Source of the DNA: Candidatus Marinacidobacterales bacterium
Lineage (GTDB): Bacteria > Acidobacteriota > Vicinamibacteria > Marinacidobacterales > DATDRI01
Direction: 5' to 3'
Length of the DNA stretch: 64,000 bases
Assembly: GCA_965219415.1 (NCBI GenBank)
Contig: CBDCNP010000002.1
Coordinates: 4,000,001 to 4,064,000, forward strand
Shown here: positions 37,609 through 46,647 of the stretch, piece after piece
How positions within the stretch are numbered: position 1 is the stretch's first letter
How the letters are laid out: each line of letters starts with the position of its first letter
Position numbers and translations under genes: made by a program
The notes under the pieces: model-generated
Database searches by the model: none
Told to the model about the DNA's origin: nothing
What the model saw: only the letters and a program-made list of their open reading frames with translations

Positions 37609-39884
37609 ACGTACCGTCTTTGGTGGTAGGGGGGGTGGGCGCCGCTTTCGGCCTCGCCGTCCTGGCGTCGGTAGCCGCATCTCAAGAGCTCAAGGTCGAG
37701 CGCCTCGCCGCCTTGCCGAGCTTGATCGGAACCGCCCCGACGAAACCCGTTTGGTCTCCCGACAGCTCTCGTCTCGCGTTCCTCTGGAACGACGAAGCCA
37801 TGCCGTTTCGGGATGTCTGGGTCGTTGCCGCGGAAGGGGGTGAGCCGCGCCGGATTACCGACGTAGCGTCGCCGGCGCGCGGCGGGCCCGGTGCGGAACC
37901 GGGCTCACTCGCGGCCCTGGAACAGGAGTTCGCGGAACGTTCGCGCTCCGGTATTTCGGAAGTCGTGTGGACTCCGGATGGCCAGGCGCTGGTCGTCGCC
38001 TATGACGGGCATCTGTTCCGTGTGGGCGCCAATGGAGGCGAGGTCGAACGGCTCACCCGCAACTCCGGCGGACGTCACGCGATCGCCTTCTCGCCAGATG
38101 GCCGTTTTCTGTCGTTCTTACAAGGTGGCGATCTCTATCTGTGGCATCAAGAGACGGGAGAGTTGGTGCAGGCGACCGACGTCGGTGTGCCGCCACTCGG
38201 CCATCTTCCCGGCGCGTCTTTCTACCACCCCGACTCTGCCTTCATGGATTACCGGTGGTCGCCGGATAGCCGTCACATCGCCCTTCGCTACGAAGACCGC
38301 CGCAACGTGCGAAAAATGCCGTTCCCTGACTACCTGGGCGAGGAGACGCACGTCGAAACGCTGCGCCGGGACATCCCGGGCGAGAACGACTTGATGCGAA
38401 CGATGGTCGTTTTCTCCATTGCAAGTGGTCGTACGCGGACGGTCGAGCTTCCCGGTGCAACCGACCGACGTTTCAGTAGCTTCGGCTTTTCTCCCGACGG
38501 CTCTCACTTGCTGATCGATCAGTTCTCGGAGGACGGCGAGGATCGTTGGATTACCATCGCCGATGCCGCAGATGGCTCGGTACGGGTGCTGCGACACGAC
38601 CACAAGGCGAAGGGTGGGAACACCACGACCGCGTCTGCACTTTGGACCTCCGACTGGAGCTCGGACGGGCAGGCGGTGATCCTCGTTTCGGATGTCGACG
38701 GCTGGTTTCGCTTGTACTCGGGGCCCCTTGCCGGGGGACAAACCGAAAAGCTGACCAGCGGGGACTGGAGTGTGACTGGGGTCGCCTCCGAGGGGGCGAG
38801 TCTGACCGTCTCGCCGAAGACGAACGAGGTCTTCTTCATTGCCAGCAAGAAGAGTCCCTACGAGCGGCCGGTCTATCGCATGCCCGAAGGCGGCGGTACC
38901 GTAACTCAAGTTACGACGCTTCCCGGTTCCCATCTTCCTTTCGTATCCCCGGACGGGAAGTGGGTGGCCACGATTCGGTCGAGCGCGGTGAGCCCGCGCG
39001 AGCTTTATCTGGTGGGCTCGCAAGGGGGCACGGAGACGCGAGTGACGCACTCGCCCCCCGAGGAGTTCTCGAAGTACTCGTGGGTCGAGCCTCGCTACGT
39101 GACGTTCAAGAGCCGCACCGACGGCGCCACCCTCCACGGGCGGCTTCTCGAGCCGCCGAACCTCGATCGATCGAAGCGTCACGCCGCGGTCCTCGGGCCG
39201 GTGTACTCGAACACCGTTCGCGAGCAATGGGTCACTCCGTTCGATACGTTCCAACAGTACCAAGCGCTCTCGCGTGGCTACCTCGTTCTGCTCGTCGACA
39301 TTCGCGGCAGCGTCGGCTATGGCCGCGAGTTCCGGAGTCAGTTCGTCGAGAACGTGGGCGAGATCGACATCGAAGATCTGCATAGCGGCGTCGAGTACTT
39401 GGAGACGCTTACCTACGTGGATCCCGATCGCATCGGGCTCTGGGGATGGAGCTACGGGGGCCTTCTCGCCGCGATGTCGCTCTTCAAGAAACCGGGGGTC
39501 TACCAGGCGGGTGTGGCCGGTGCCCCAGCCACCAACGTTTGGCACGCCACGAGCGGAGAAGTGGATCTGTTCTTCCGTCCCAGCGCGCGGCCCGATCTTT
39601 ATCGCAAGGGCTCGGCCTTCCTGCACGCCGACGGCCTCCAGGATCCGCTGATGATCATCCACGGAATGCAGGACACCATCTGCTTGTTCAGGGACTCGAT
39701 CCACCTGGCCGAAAAACTCATGTTGTTGGGTAAGGACTTCGATTTCGTTCCTTTGCCGACGTCGGTTCACGGCGATGCACGGACTAAGGACTTTATCGGG
39801 ACCCACGTACTTAGGAAAATCGATCAGCACTTCGAGCGGCACTTGGGCTCTGGCCCGACGCGGTCAGGACAAGGCACTCAATAA
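37605..39884 (+). CDS. S9 family peptidase (DPP IV-like)
   Basis: Signal peptide, WSPD repeats, GLWGWSYGG, HGMQD, SVHGD. Confidence 0.92.
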   Translation: MNVPSLVVGGVGAAFGLAVLASVAASQELKVERLAALPSLIGTAPTKPVWSPDSSRLAFLWNDEAMPFRDVWVVAAEGGEPRRITDVASPARGGPGAEPGSLAALEQEFAERSRSGISEVVWTPDGQALVVAYDGHLFRVGANGGEVERLTRNSGGRHAIAFSPDGRFLSFLQGGDLYLWHQETGELVQATDVGVPPLGHLPGASFYHPDSAFMDYRWSPDSRHIALRYEDRRNVRKMPFPDYLGEETHVETLRRDIPGENDLMRTMVVFSIASGRTRTVELPGATDRRFSSFGFSPDGSHLLIDQFSEDGEDRWITIADAADGSVRVLRHDHKAKGGNTTTASALWTSDWSSDGQAVILVSDVDGWFRLYSGPLAGGQTEKLTSGDWSVTGVASEGASLTVSPKTNEVFFIASKKSPYERPVYRMPEGGGTVTQVTTLPGSHLPFVSPDGKWVATIRSSAVSPRELYLVGSQGGTETRVTHSPPEEFSKYSWVEPRYVTFKSRTDGATLHGRLLEPPNLDRSKRHAAVLGPVYSNTVREQWVTPFDTFQQYQALSRGYLVLLVDIRGSVGYGREFRSQFVENVGEIDIEDLHSGVEYLETLTYVDPDRIGLWGWSYGGLLAAMSLFKKPGVYQAGVAGAPATNVWHATSGEVDLFFRPSARPDLYRKGSAFLHADGLQDPLMIIHGMQDTICLFRDSIHLAEKLMLLGKDFDFVPLPTSVHGDARTKDFIGTHVLRKIDQHFERHLGSGPTRSGQGTQ

Positions 39885-39895
39885 GGAGAATTCGC

Positions 39896-41245
39896 ATGTG
39901 GAGAAGAAACTTTTTGAAGCTTTTAGGGCTCGGCGGATCGGCGAGTGTACTTTCCGGGTTCAAGACACATTCGGCCGCTCCATCGGAGACATCGGTGGGA
40001 GCCGACGTGACAGTGGGCCCCCTCGACCTGGCGGAGATGGAGATCGTCGACGTTCATGTTCATCCCCCCAACCCCATCACCCTCGAACAGAACTACGACC
40101 AGTGGAACGGCTCGTTCGTCGACGCACTACTCCCGGCCTATGAATACGAGCACAAGGAAGAGCTCCGGCAAAAGCTCTCCGGGGTCTTCGAAGAACACCT
40201 CTACAACATGCCTCGCCAGACCGGCTACTACAACTACGTCTCTCGGGTGTACGGGGTGGAGCCCAATCTCGCAGGGTTCGATTCGGTGGTGAAGAAGGGA
40301 ATCGAAAGCGGCTTCACCGACTACGTCCGTTCGATCTTGGATCGCGAGAAGGTAAGCTCGATACTGCTTCAATCGCGGAGCTCGGAACCGAAGCGGCCGG
40401 AGACGTACGTGCCGGCGGGCCGCTTCGTATGGAGCTACTCCTTCAACGATCTCATCGACCCCGGCTTCGCCAAGAAGAACTCGGCGGAGGCCGTCGAAGA
40501 CGTCGTCAAGGCGGTGGACGAGGTTCTCGAATCTTGTGCCGCGGACGGTTGCGTCGGTCTAAAAACCTCGATGGCCTACTTTCGACCGTTAACCGTTGAG
40601 AAGGTCGAGCGGGATCAAGCCAACCTAGATCTGAAGACCGTCCTGACCAACGAGCCATCGGCGCTCACTCCCCGAGGGACCCCCCTCTACGACGATCCAG
40701 AGCTCACCCGTGCGCTTCACTCCTATCAGGACTATCTGCTCCGCCACATATTCGTCAAGGCGGGCGAGCTCGACATGCGCGTGATCATCCACACCGCGGT
40801 GGGGTTGCATCCAGCTCTCCGGTTCGATTGGAACAGTCCACTGGGACTCTACAAGTCCTTCCAGGATGACGAGGTCAAACGGGTCGAGACTCAGTTCGTT
40901 CTCATCCACACCGGGTATCCCTTGCACCACAACGTCGCCGCGTTCATTAGCCAGTTTCCGAACGTCCACTGCGACGTTTCGTTCTACGCCAAGTTCCCTG
41001 GAGCTCTCGAGGAAACGCTGCGGGCGTTCCTCGCCCTCGCGCCGTCCGAGCAGACCATGCACGGCAGCGACGCCAACAACATTCCAGAGGAGATCGGTTA
41101 CTGTGCCGACAACTTCCGTCGGGTGTTGGCTAAGGTCCTGAACGACTATCGCTCGCACTACGGTTGGACCGACAAAGACTGCGAAAAAATCGCCCGCAAC
41201 GTGATGAGTGAGAACGCGAAGCGGATTTACAAGATCAACACATAA
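39896..41245 (+). CDS. Tat-exported amidohydrolase_2 family protein (FluG N-terminal-like)
   Basis: MWRRNFLK; VDVHVH, GLKTSMAY, IIHTA, LIHTGYP, HGSDA. Confidence 0.83.
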   Translation: MWRRNFLKLLGLGGSASVLSGFKTHSAAPSETSVGADVTVGPLDLAEMEIVDVHVHPPNPITLEQNYDQWNGSFVDALLPAYEYEHKEELRQKLSGVFEEHLYNMPRQTGYYNYVSRVYGVEPNLAGFDSVVKKGIESGFTDYVRSILDREKVSSILLQSRSSEPKRPETYVPAGRFVWSYSFNDLIDPGFAKKNSAEAVEDVVKAVDEVLESCAADGCVGLKTSMAYFRPLTVEKVERDQANLDLKTVLTNEPSALTPRGTPLYDDPELTRALHSYQDYLLRHIFVKAGELDMRVIIHTAVGLHPALRFDWNSPLGLYKSFQDDEVKRVETQFVLIHTGYPLHHNVAAFISQFPNVHCDVSFYAKFPGALEETLRAFLALAPSEQTMHGSDANNIPEEIGYCADNFRRVLAKVLNDYRSHYGWTDKDCEKIARNVMSENAKRIYKINT

Positions 41246-41263
41246 ACGTACGGAGGGAAGTCG

Positions 41264-42751
41264 ATGAAGAAGTTACTTTGTTTGGGAATCGGACTTCTGG
41301 TCCTAGTGCCGGCGCTGTGGGCGATTCAGGCCCCGGGGACTTGGGGACCCCAAGAGCCTCCGTTTCGACCGGAACGACCGATCGTCATTCAAGGCGGTAC
41401 CCTCATCGATGCCACCGGTGCCCCGCCCAAGCTCGATCACGCGGTCGTCATCGAAGGCGAGGACATTACTTGGGTGGGCCCGATGGAAGAGGTCACCATC
41501 CCCGATGGGGCCCAGGTCGTCGATGCCAGCGGCATGACCATCATGCCTGGGCTCATCAACTCCAATCAACACACCCAGCTCAACCCTCTCTACCACTCAC
41601 CGGGAGGGGACGTCCCCCTCGCGCACCTCAAGGCCCAGTGGGAGGAGAGCTGGTCGAGGATCCCGCGGCGGTCCTTCGTCTACCTCATGCAAGGTGTGAC
41701 CAGCATGCGGAATACCAGTGGCCCCGCTAGCCAATTGATTCCCTATAAGAACGCCATTGATAACGGAGAGATTCCCGGGCCTCGGATTTTCCTGGGAGGG
41801 GCGTTGCTATGGAGTCGGGCGCACTTCGAGGAGAGCTACGCGGATTCTCCACCCGACACCAAGGAGTGGATGAGGACCCAGTTCGCCTTCGTCGTCGTGG
41901 ACGATCCGGACAAAGATACCGATCGGCTTGTGGGGCCCGATTTCAACTACTGGAAGCTCATCATGTCGGGCTCGAGGTACGACGGGAAGAACGATTTCTC
42001 GGACGAGGACGTCCGTTTCATCATCGACAAGGCGCGCAAGAACGGGAAGTTCATGGACGTCCACTGCGGAGGCCACAACGACGGCCTTAGAAGAATGCTG
42101 GCCTTCGATTTCGACACGCTGGAGCATCCCTTCTATGGTGGTGAGCTCATCGACGAGGACATCATCGATGGCTACGTGAAGAAAGGGGTCGTCGTCGACA
42201 CGCTACTCGAGCAGATGATCGCCCGCGCGAATCGGGCCGCCGATCCGCACCGTTTCGACGAGACGGTCTACATCATGTCGGTGCAGCCGAAGGACTACCG
42301 TATTCTCATGCGCTACCGGGACAAGATGGTTTACAACAAGCGCCACCCCGACGAGCCGGAGATGGTCATTCACGGTGAGGGCCGGCTTGAGATGTCCTAC
42401 AAGGAACGGCAAGAGAGGCGGGAGACGTCTCGGGAGAACATGCGTCGCTTCATCCGGGCGGGGGCCAAGTTCTCCATGGGAACCGATACTCCGGCGTTCA
42501 TGAACCTGCAGCAAGAGGATCCGAACGCCAACGAGATGCGCTACATGGTGGAGATGGGGATGAGCCCGATGCAGGTCATCGAGGCCTCGACGAAAAACGG
42601 CGCCGAGATCTTGGGACTGTCGGATAAGCTCGGCACCATCGAAGCCGGGAAGTGGGCGGATGTCATCGTCGTGGCGGGAAATCCGCTCGACGGTATGAAG
42701 GCTATGAAACGTGTCGCCGTCGTGATTAAGGGCGGCGTTCGCTACAAATAG
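41264..42751 (+). CDS. Exported prolidase-like amidohydrolase (HxH changed to NxH)
   Basis: Signal peptide; PGLINSNQH, YWKL, DVHC, LEHP, GTD, GTIEAGKWAD. Confidence 0.87.
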   Translation: MKKLLCLGIGLLVLVPALWAIQAPGTWGPQEPPFRPERPIVIQGGTLIDATGAPPKLDHAVVIEGEDITWVGPMEEVTIPDGAQVVDASGMTIMPGLINSNQHTQLNPLYHSPGGDVPLAHLKAQWEESWSRIPRRSFVYLMQGVTSMRNTSGPASQLIPYKNAIDNGEIPGPRIFLGGALLWSRAHFEESYADSPPDTKEWMRTQFAFVVVDDPDKDTDRLVGPDFNYWKLIMSGSRYDGKNDFSDEDVRFIIDKARKNGKFMDVHCGGHNDGLRRMLAFDFDTLEHPFYGGELIDEDIIDGYVKKGVVVDTLLEQMIARANRAADPHRFDETVYIMSVQPKDYRILMRYRDKMVYNKRHPDEPEMVIHGEGRLEMSYKERQERRETSRENMRRFIRAGAKFSMGTDTPAFMNLQQEDPNANEMRYMVEMGMSPMQVIEASTKNGAEILGLSDKLGTIEAGKWADVIVVAGNPLDGMKAMKRVAVVIKGGVRYK

Positions 42752-42761
42752 CCAAGGGCAC

Positions 42762-42815
42762 CGCGTTGGAGCGGACGGCACCAGCGCTTAACCCTCGGCG
42801 CCGCCGCTCAACGCG
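42762..42815. repeat. Imperfect inverted repeat resembling the core of an integron attC site
   Basis: Left arm CGCGTTG(G)AGCGG(A)CGGC pairs with GCCGCCGCTCAACGCG, leaving two unpaired bases. R boxes not recognisable. Confidence 0.45.
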
Positions 42816-42850
42816 ATGGACCAACGATTGCTAAACCTACGGAGGGTCTG

Positions 42851-44047
42851 ATGCCTCGTGTGATAGTAGTTATTTCATTAATGGCTGCGCTGGTGGGTTG
42901 TGCGGCGCCCGAGCCGGTGACTTTCGACGTCGACATTCATCAAGTTCCCAAGGTCGTCTACGCAGCCACCCAAGGCACTTACCGTGCGCCGGCCGACGAT
43001 CCGAAGAGGGCACACGCCTACACCCAAAACCTCACGTGGTTGTTTCACCTGGTGCTCAAATCGAACGAGTCGGAACCGCTCCAAGTCGTGCGGGTGAACG
43101 CGGACTTCGAGAGAGCGGGCGAGACGGTTTGGGAGGAGACTTTTTCGCGAAACTACATGCTGCGGACGGAGTGGATCGAGGGGGCGTTCGACGACACCAC
43201 CAAGTACTTCATGGACAACATCGAGTTTCGGGAACACCGTATGGCGTCCCTCGAGCGGCCCACCGGGCCAGAACTGCCTCCAGGCGAGCCCGTTTCTTGG
43301 GTGCGCATTCCGTTCGGCCGTCCTTGGCACGCGGAGGTGGACAGCGTCCAAATGACGTTCTGGTTGAAGTCGGAGAGTGGTCGCGAGGGTATCGCGCGAC
43401 ATACCGTACCCATCGTCAACTACCGTCAGAAAGTAACGCTCCGCCTTCCGTTCGAAAGTACTTGGTCGATCAGTGCGGGGAACGATCTGATCACCGGCCA
43501 TCGGCGTACGGGGATCAACTCCTTGACGATGTACGGCTGGGACATCACGAAGCTCGGTCCCAACGGACTCCCGTACAAGACCGATGGCAAGACCCCGGCG
43601 GACTACTGGTGCTACGACGAGCCGGTCTACGCCGCGGGCGACGGGGTCGCGGTGCATGTGCGGAACGACATCGAGGACTACGGGGTCGGCGAGACCCCGC
43701 CGCGTGAGGTGCTGGAAAACGATGGAGACGTCTTTTCCGGCAATTTGGTCGTTCTCGACCATGGCAACGGCGAGTACTCGCTGACGTGTCACATGCAGAG
43801 CGGCACGGTACCGATTAAAGTGGGCGATGAGGTGAAGGCCGGTCAACTCCTCGGCCGTGTCGGCAACTCGGGGCTCGCCCAGTACCCCCACATCCACTTC
43901 AACCTGATGGACGAAGAGCGATGGCTCGAGGCCAAAGGCCTGCCCTCGCTCTTCTCCGGCTTCGAAAAAATCCGTATGGCGGGAGACCCGATGGCGTTCG
44001 AGCTGGGCAATCCCATGACCGGGTGGCTGGTCCGCCCACGAAAGTAA
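42851..44047 (+). CDS. M23 family peptidase, lipoprotein
   Basis: Lipobox LVGC; GHRR..WD, VYAAGDG, GNLVVLDHGNGEYS..HM, GNSG..PHIHF. Confidence 0.88.
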   Translation: MPRVIVVISLMAALVGCAAPEPVTFDVDIHQVPKVVYAATQGTYRAPADDPKRAHAYTQNLTWLFHLVLKSNESEPLQVVRVNADFERAGETVWEETFSRNYMLRTEWIEGAFDDTTKYFMDNIEFREHRMASLERPTGPELPPGEPVSWVRIPFGRPWHAEVDSVQMTFWLKSESGREGIARHTVPIVNYRQKVTLRLPFESTWSISAGNDLITGHRRTGINSLTMYGWDITKLGPNGLPYKTDGKTPADYWCYDEPVYAAGDGVAVHVRNDIEDYGVGETPPREVLENDGDVFSGNLVVLDHGNGEYSLTCHMQSGTVPIKVGDEVKAGQLLGRVGNSGLAQYPHIHFNLMDEERWLEAKGLPSLFSGFEKIRMAGDPMAFELGNPMTGWLVRPRK

Positions 44048-44060
44048 GGAGTCCCAAAAA

Positions 44061-45467
44061 ATGAAGCACTCGACAATCCTGTTTCGATGGCTAGCCGTCC
44101 TCTTTGCTGCGGCGCTGGCTTTCTCCGCAGTCGCCGAAGCGCAGTACGGCACTCAGAGCCTGGAAGGGCTCGAGACGACCGACGATCCCCGGCGAGTCCC
44201 CATTCCACCTCGGGATCGTTCCAACGATTCCGTCCTCGTGGTACGGGGCGGCACGCTCATCGACGGAACCGGTGCCGATCCGATTTCGAACGCGGTGTTG
44301 GTGATCAAGGGCGATCGTATTTTGGACGTCGGTCCGGCGGGACAGGTGTCGATCCCGAGCAATGTGGCTCGCACCGTAGACGTCAACGGTCTCTATGTCA
44401 TGCCCGGTCTCGTCGATCTGCACATGCACTTCAACCAGCAATGGGGCGATGACTTCTCTCGCTACCGGGACTCCGATGCGGCGAGGGCCATTCGCGGCGT
44501 GGTCAAGCTCGGTCAGTTCTTGGACGGCGGCATCACCGCGGTGCGTGACGCGGGGACTAACAACGACGTTGCACTCAAGCTCAAAGAAGCCGTTGAACGT
44601 CGTATGGTGGATGGCCCGCGCGTCTTCTGGAGCGGCAAGAGCATATCTATCCGAGGCGGACACGGCGACGAGACGACCTCTACCGCGACCGGAAGGCCAA
44701 AGAGCACCGGCCCGAGATCCAACCGTCGCGTCGCAACTGGGGCCGACGACTGGCGGCTTGCGGTGCGGGAGCAAATCCGTAATCACGCGGATTGGATCAA
44801 GATCATGGCTCCCTATACGCGTGAGGAAGTGACTGCGGCGATCGACGAGGCCCATATGCATGGAATCCGCGTCGCGGCGGACGCCTTCGGGGACTACATC
44901 ATCTGGGCCGCCGAGGCCGGGCTCGACTCCCTCGAACATCCTCTCGACATGGACGATGACGACGTTGCGGCAATGGCCAAGTATGGGACCGATTTCGTGC
45001 CGACCATCACCGCTTTCTACAACGTCATCAACTACGGCTATGCGTCCGCGGGGATACCAGCCAGCGGTTTCTACTACACGATGTCGCGCCGCTATCCGGT
45101 CACCAACGAGAACATCTTGTCGCCGGTGACGAAAGCGCGTGCGGCGGGGATCAAGATCGGTGTAGGCTCGGACATTCCTTTCGAGAACGACACCCGCTAT
45201 CCGGATGACTACTTCGTGGAGCTCGATCTTCTGAAGAAGGCAGGACTCACCGACGCGGAGATTGTGGCGAGCGCGACGAGCGTGGGAGCGGACATCCTGG
45301 GCATGGGGGACAAACTCGGGACGCTGCAAAAGGGTAAGCTCGCCGACGTGCTGGTGGTGGCGGCCAACCCGTTGCGCAACATCAAGAATGTGCGCCAGAT
45401 GCGCATGGTCATCGTCGACGGGCGCGTGGTGCGCGACAAGCTGGGTGGTGGCTCGACCGACCGTTAG
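44061..45467 (+). CDS. Exported prolidase-like amidohydrolase (His to Asp subtype)
   Basis: Signal peptide; DDPRRVPIPP, DLHMH, WIKI, VAADA, LEHP, GSD. Confidence 0.9.
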   Translation: MKHSTILFRWLAVLFAAALAFSAVAEAQYGTQSLEGLETTDDPRRVPIPPRDRSNDSVLVVRGGTLIDGTGADPISNAVLVIKGDRILDVGPAGQVSIPSNVARTVDVNGLYVMPGLVDLHMHFNQQWGDDFSRYRDSDAARAIRGVVKLGQFLDGGITAVRDAGTNNDVALKLKEAVERRMVDGPRVFWSGKSISIRGGHGDETTSTATGRPKSTGPRSNRRVATGADDWRLAVREQIRNHADWIKIMAPYTREEVTAAIDEAHMHGIRVAADAFGDYIIWAAEAGLDSLEHPLDMDDDDVAAMAKYGTDFVPTITAFYNVINYGYASAGIPASGFYYTMSRRYPVTNENILSPVTKARAAGIKIGVGSDIPFENDTRYPDDYFVELDLLKKAGLTDAEIVASATSVGADILGMGDKLGTLQKGKLADVLVVAANPLRNIKNVRQMRMVIVDGRVVRDKLGGGSTDR

Positions 45468-45484
45468 GGTAACATTCGAGGACC

Positions 45485-45679
45485 ATGCGGACGGTCAGTC
45501 CTAAACATCCCAAGGATCAGGAGCCTCCTCGCACGCTAGGGGACGACTTGAGGCTCCTTCGCCGCATCTTCTTGACCGGCTATGGCTACTTCGTCGACGG
45601 CCGGAGGATTCGTAAGGAGTTCTACGAGAAGCAGCGGCTGAAGGAGAAGATCTACATCGACGAGATCGACTGGATATGA
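45485..45679 (+). CDS. Small hypothetical protein (64 aa), coupled to the downstream Fe-S gene
   Basis: GAGGA RBS, ATGA overlap with 45676, fills the operon gap. Confidence 0.65.
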   Translation: MRTVSPKHPKDQEPPRTLGDDLRLLRRIFLTGYGYFVDGRRIRKEFYEKQRLKEKIYIDEIDWI

Positions 45680-46647
45680 GCTTCAAGACCGTAGACGTCA
45701 GCTCCCATACCACGCTGGCCTATCGTCACCAGCCGAAATCGGGCAACACGATCAACGGCCTGGGTGAGAAGGAGTGGCGCCAGGCATCTCACGTGTTCCA
45801 CAACGACGGCGATGACGTCCTGCCCTGGGATCGACTCGACAACCTCTTTGCCTACGTCAATCCTTGGCAAGTTGTCATCCGCATCATGCGCAACATCTGG
45901 CACTTGAGGAAGTCGGTGGGCCCCACCGCGAAGGCGCAACGGGCGGTTGAAGACCCCGCGGCTATGACTCAGGAGATCAAGGAGCGGGCGAAGGCCTTGG
46001 GCGCAGGCTTGGTGGGAGTGACACGCATCAAACCGGGCCACGTTTACCAAGGCCAGGAGGTCCCGTACCAAAACGCCATTGCCATCGGCGTGGTGATGGA
46101 CCGTGACAAGATGAAAGAAGTCCCGGGCGTCGTCTCCGCGACGGAGGTGATGCGTATCTACGCCGAAGTCGGGCGCATCACGTCTCAGCTATCGGAAGCG
46201 ATCCGTGCGATGGGTTGGCCGGCGCGCGCCTACGGCAACCCCAATAGCGGCGACCTGCTCCACATCCCGGTGTCCATCGACTCCGGCTTCGGCCAGCTCG
46301 GGAAGCACGGTTCGCTGATCTCTAAGGAGTACGGGTCGAACTTCCGCCTGGGAACGGTGGTCACCGATCTTCCTTTGGTGCCCGACGAGCCGGTGGACAT
46401 CGCGGTCGACGATCTGTGCACGCGGTGCAACGTATGCGTGCGCGAATGCCCGGTGGACGCCATCTACCAGGAGAAACAGCCGGTGCGCGGCGCCGAGAAG
46501 TGGTACGTGGATTTCGACAAGTGCATCTACTACTTTACCGAGACCGCCGGTTGTGGGATCTGCATCGAAGTCTGTCCCTGGAGTGAAGAGGGTAAAGGCC
46601 CCTGGCTGTCGGAGAAGCTTTTGGCGAAACGGGGCAACGGCGGCTAA
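45676..46647 (+). CDS. Reductive dehalogenase/QueG-like 2x[4Fe-4S] protein
   Basis: AKALGAGLVGV, GFGQLGKHG..YGSNFRLGTVVTDLPLVPDEP, CTRCNVCVRECP and C..CGICIEVCPW. No Tat signal. Confidence 0.83.
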   Translation: MSFKTVDVSSHTTLAYRHQPKSGNTINGLGEKEWRQASHVFHNDGDDVLPWDRLDNLFAYVNPWQVVIRIMRNIWHLRKSVGPTAKAQRAVEDPAAMTQEIKERAKALGAGLVGVTRIKPGHVYQGQEVPYQNAIAIGVVMDRDKMKEVPGVVSATEVMRIYAEVGRITSQLSEAIRAMGWPARAYGNPNSGDLLHIPVSIDSGFGQLGKHGSLISKEYGSNFRLGTVVTDLPLVPDEPVDIAVDDLCTRCNVCVRECPVDAIYQEKQPVRGAEKWYVDFDKCIYYFTETAGCGICIEVCPWSEEGKGPWLSEKLLAKRGNGG

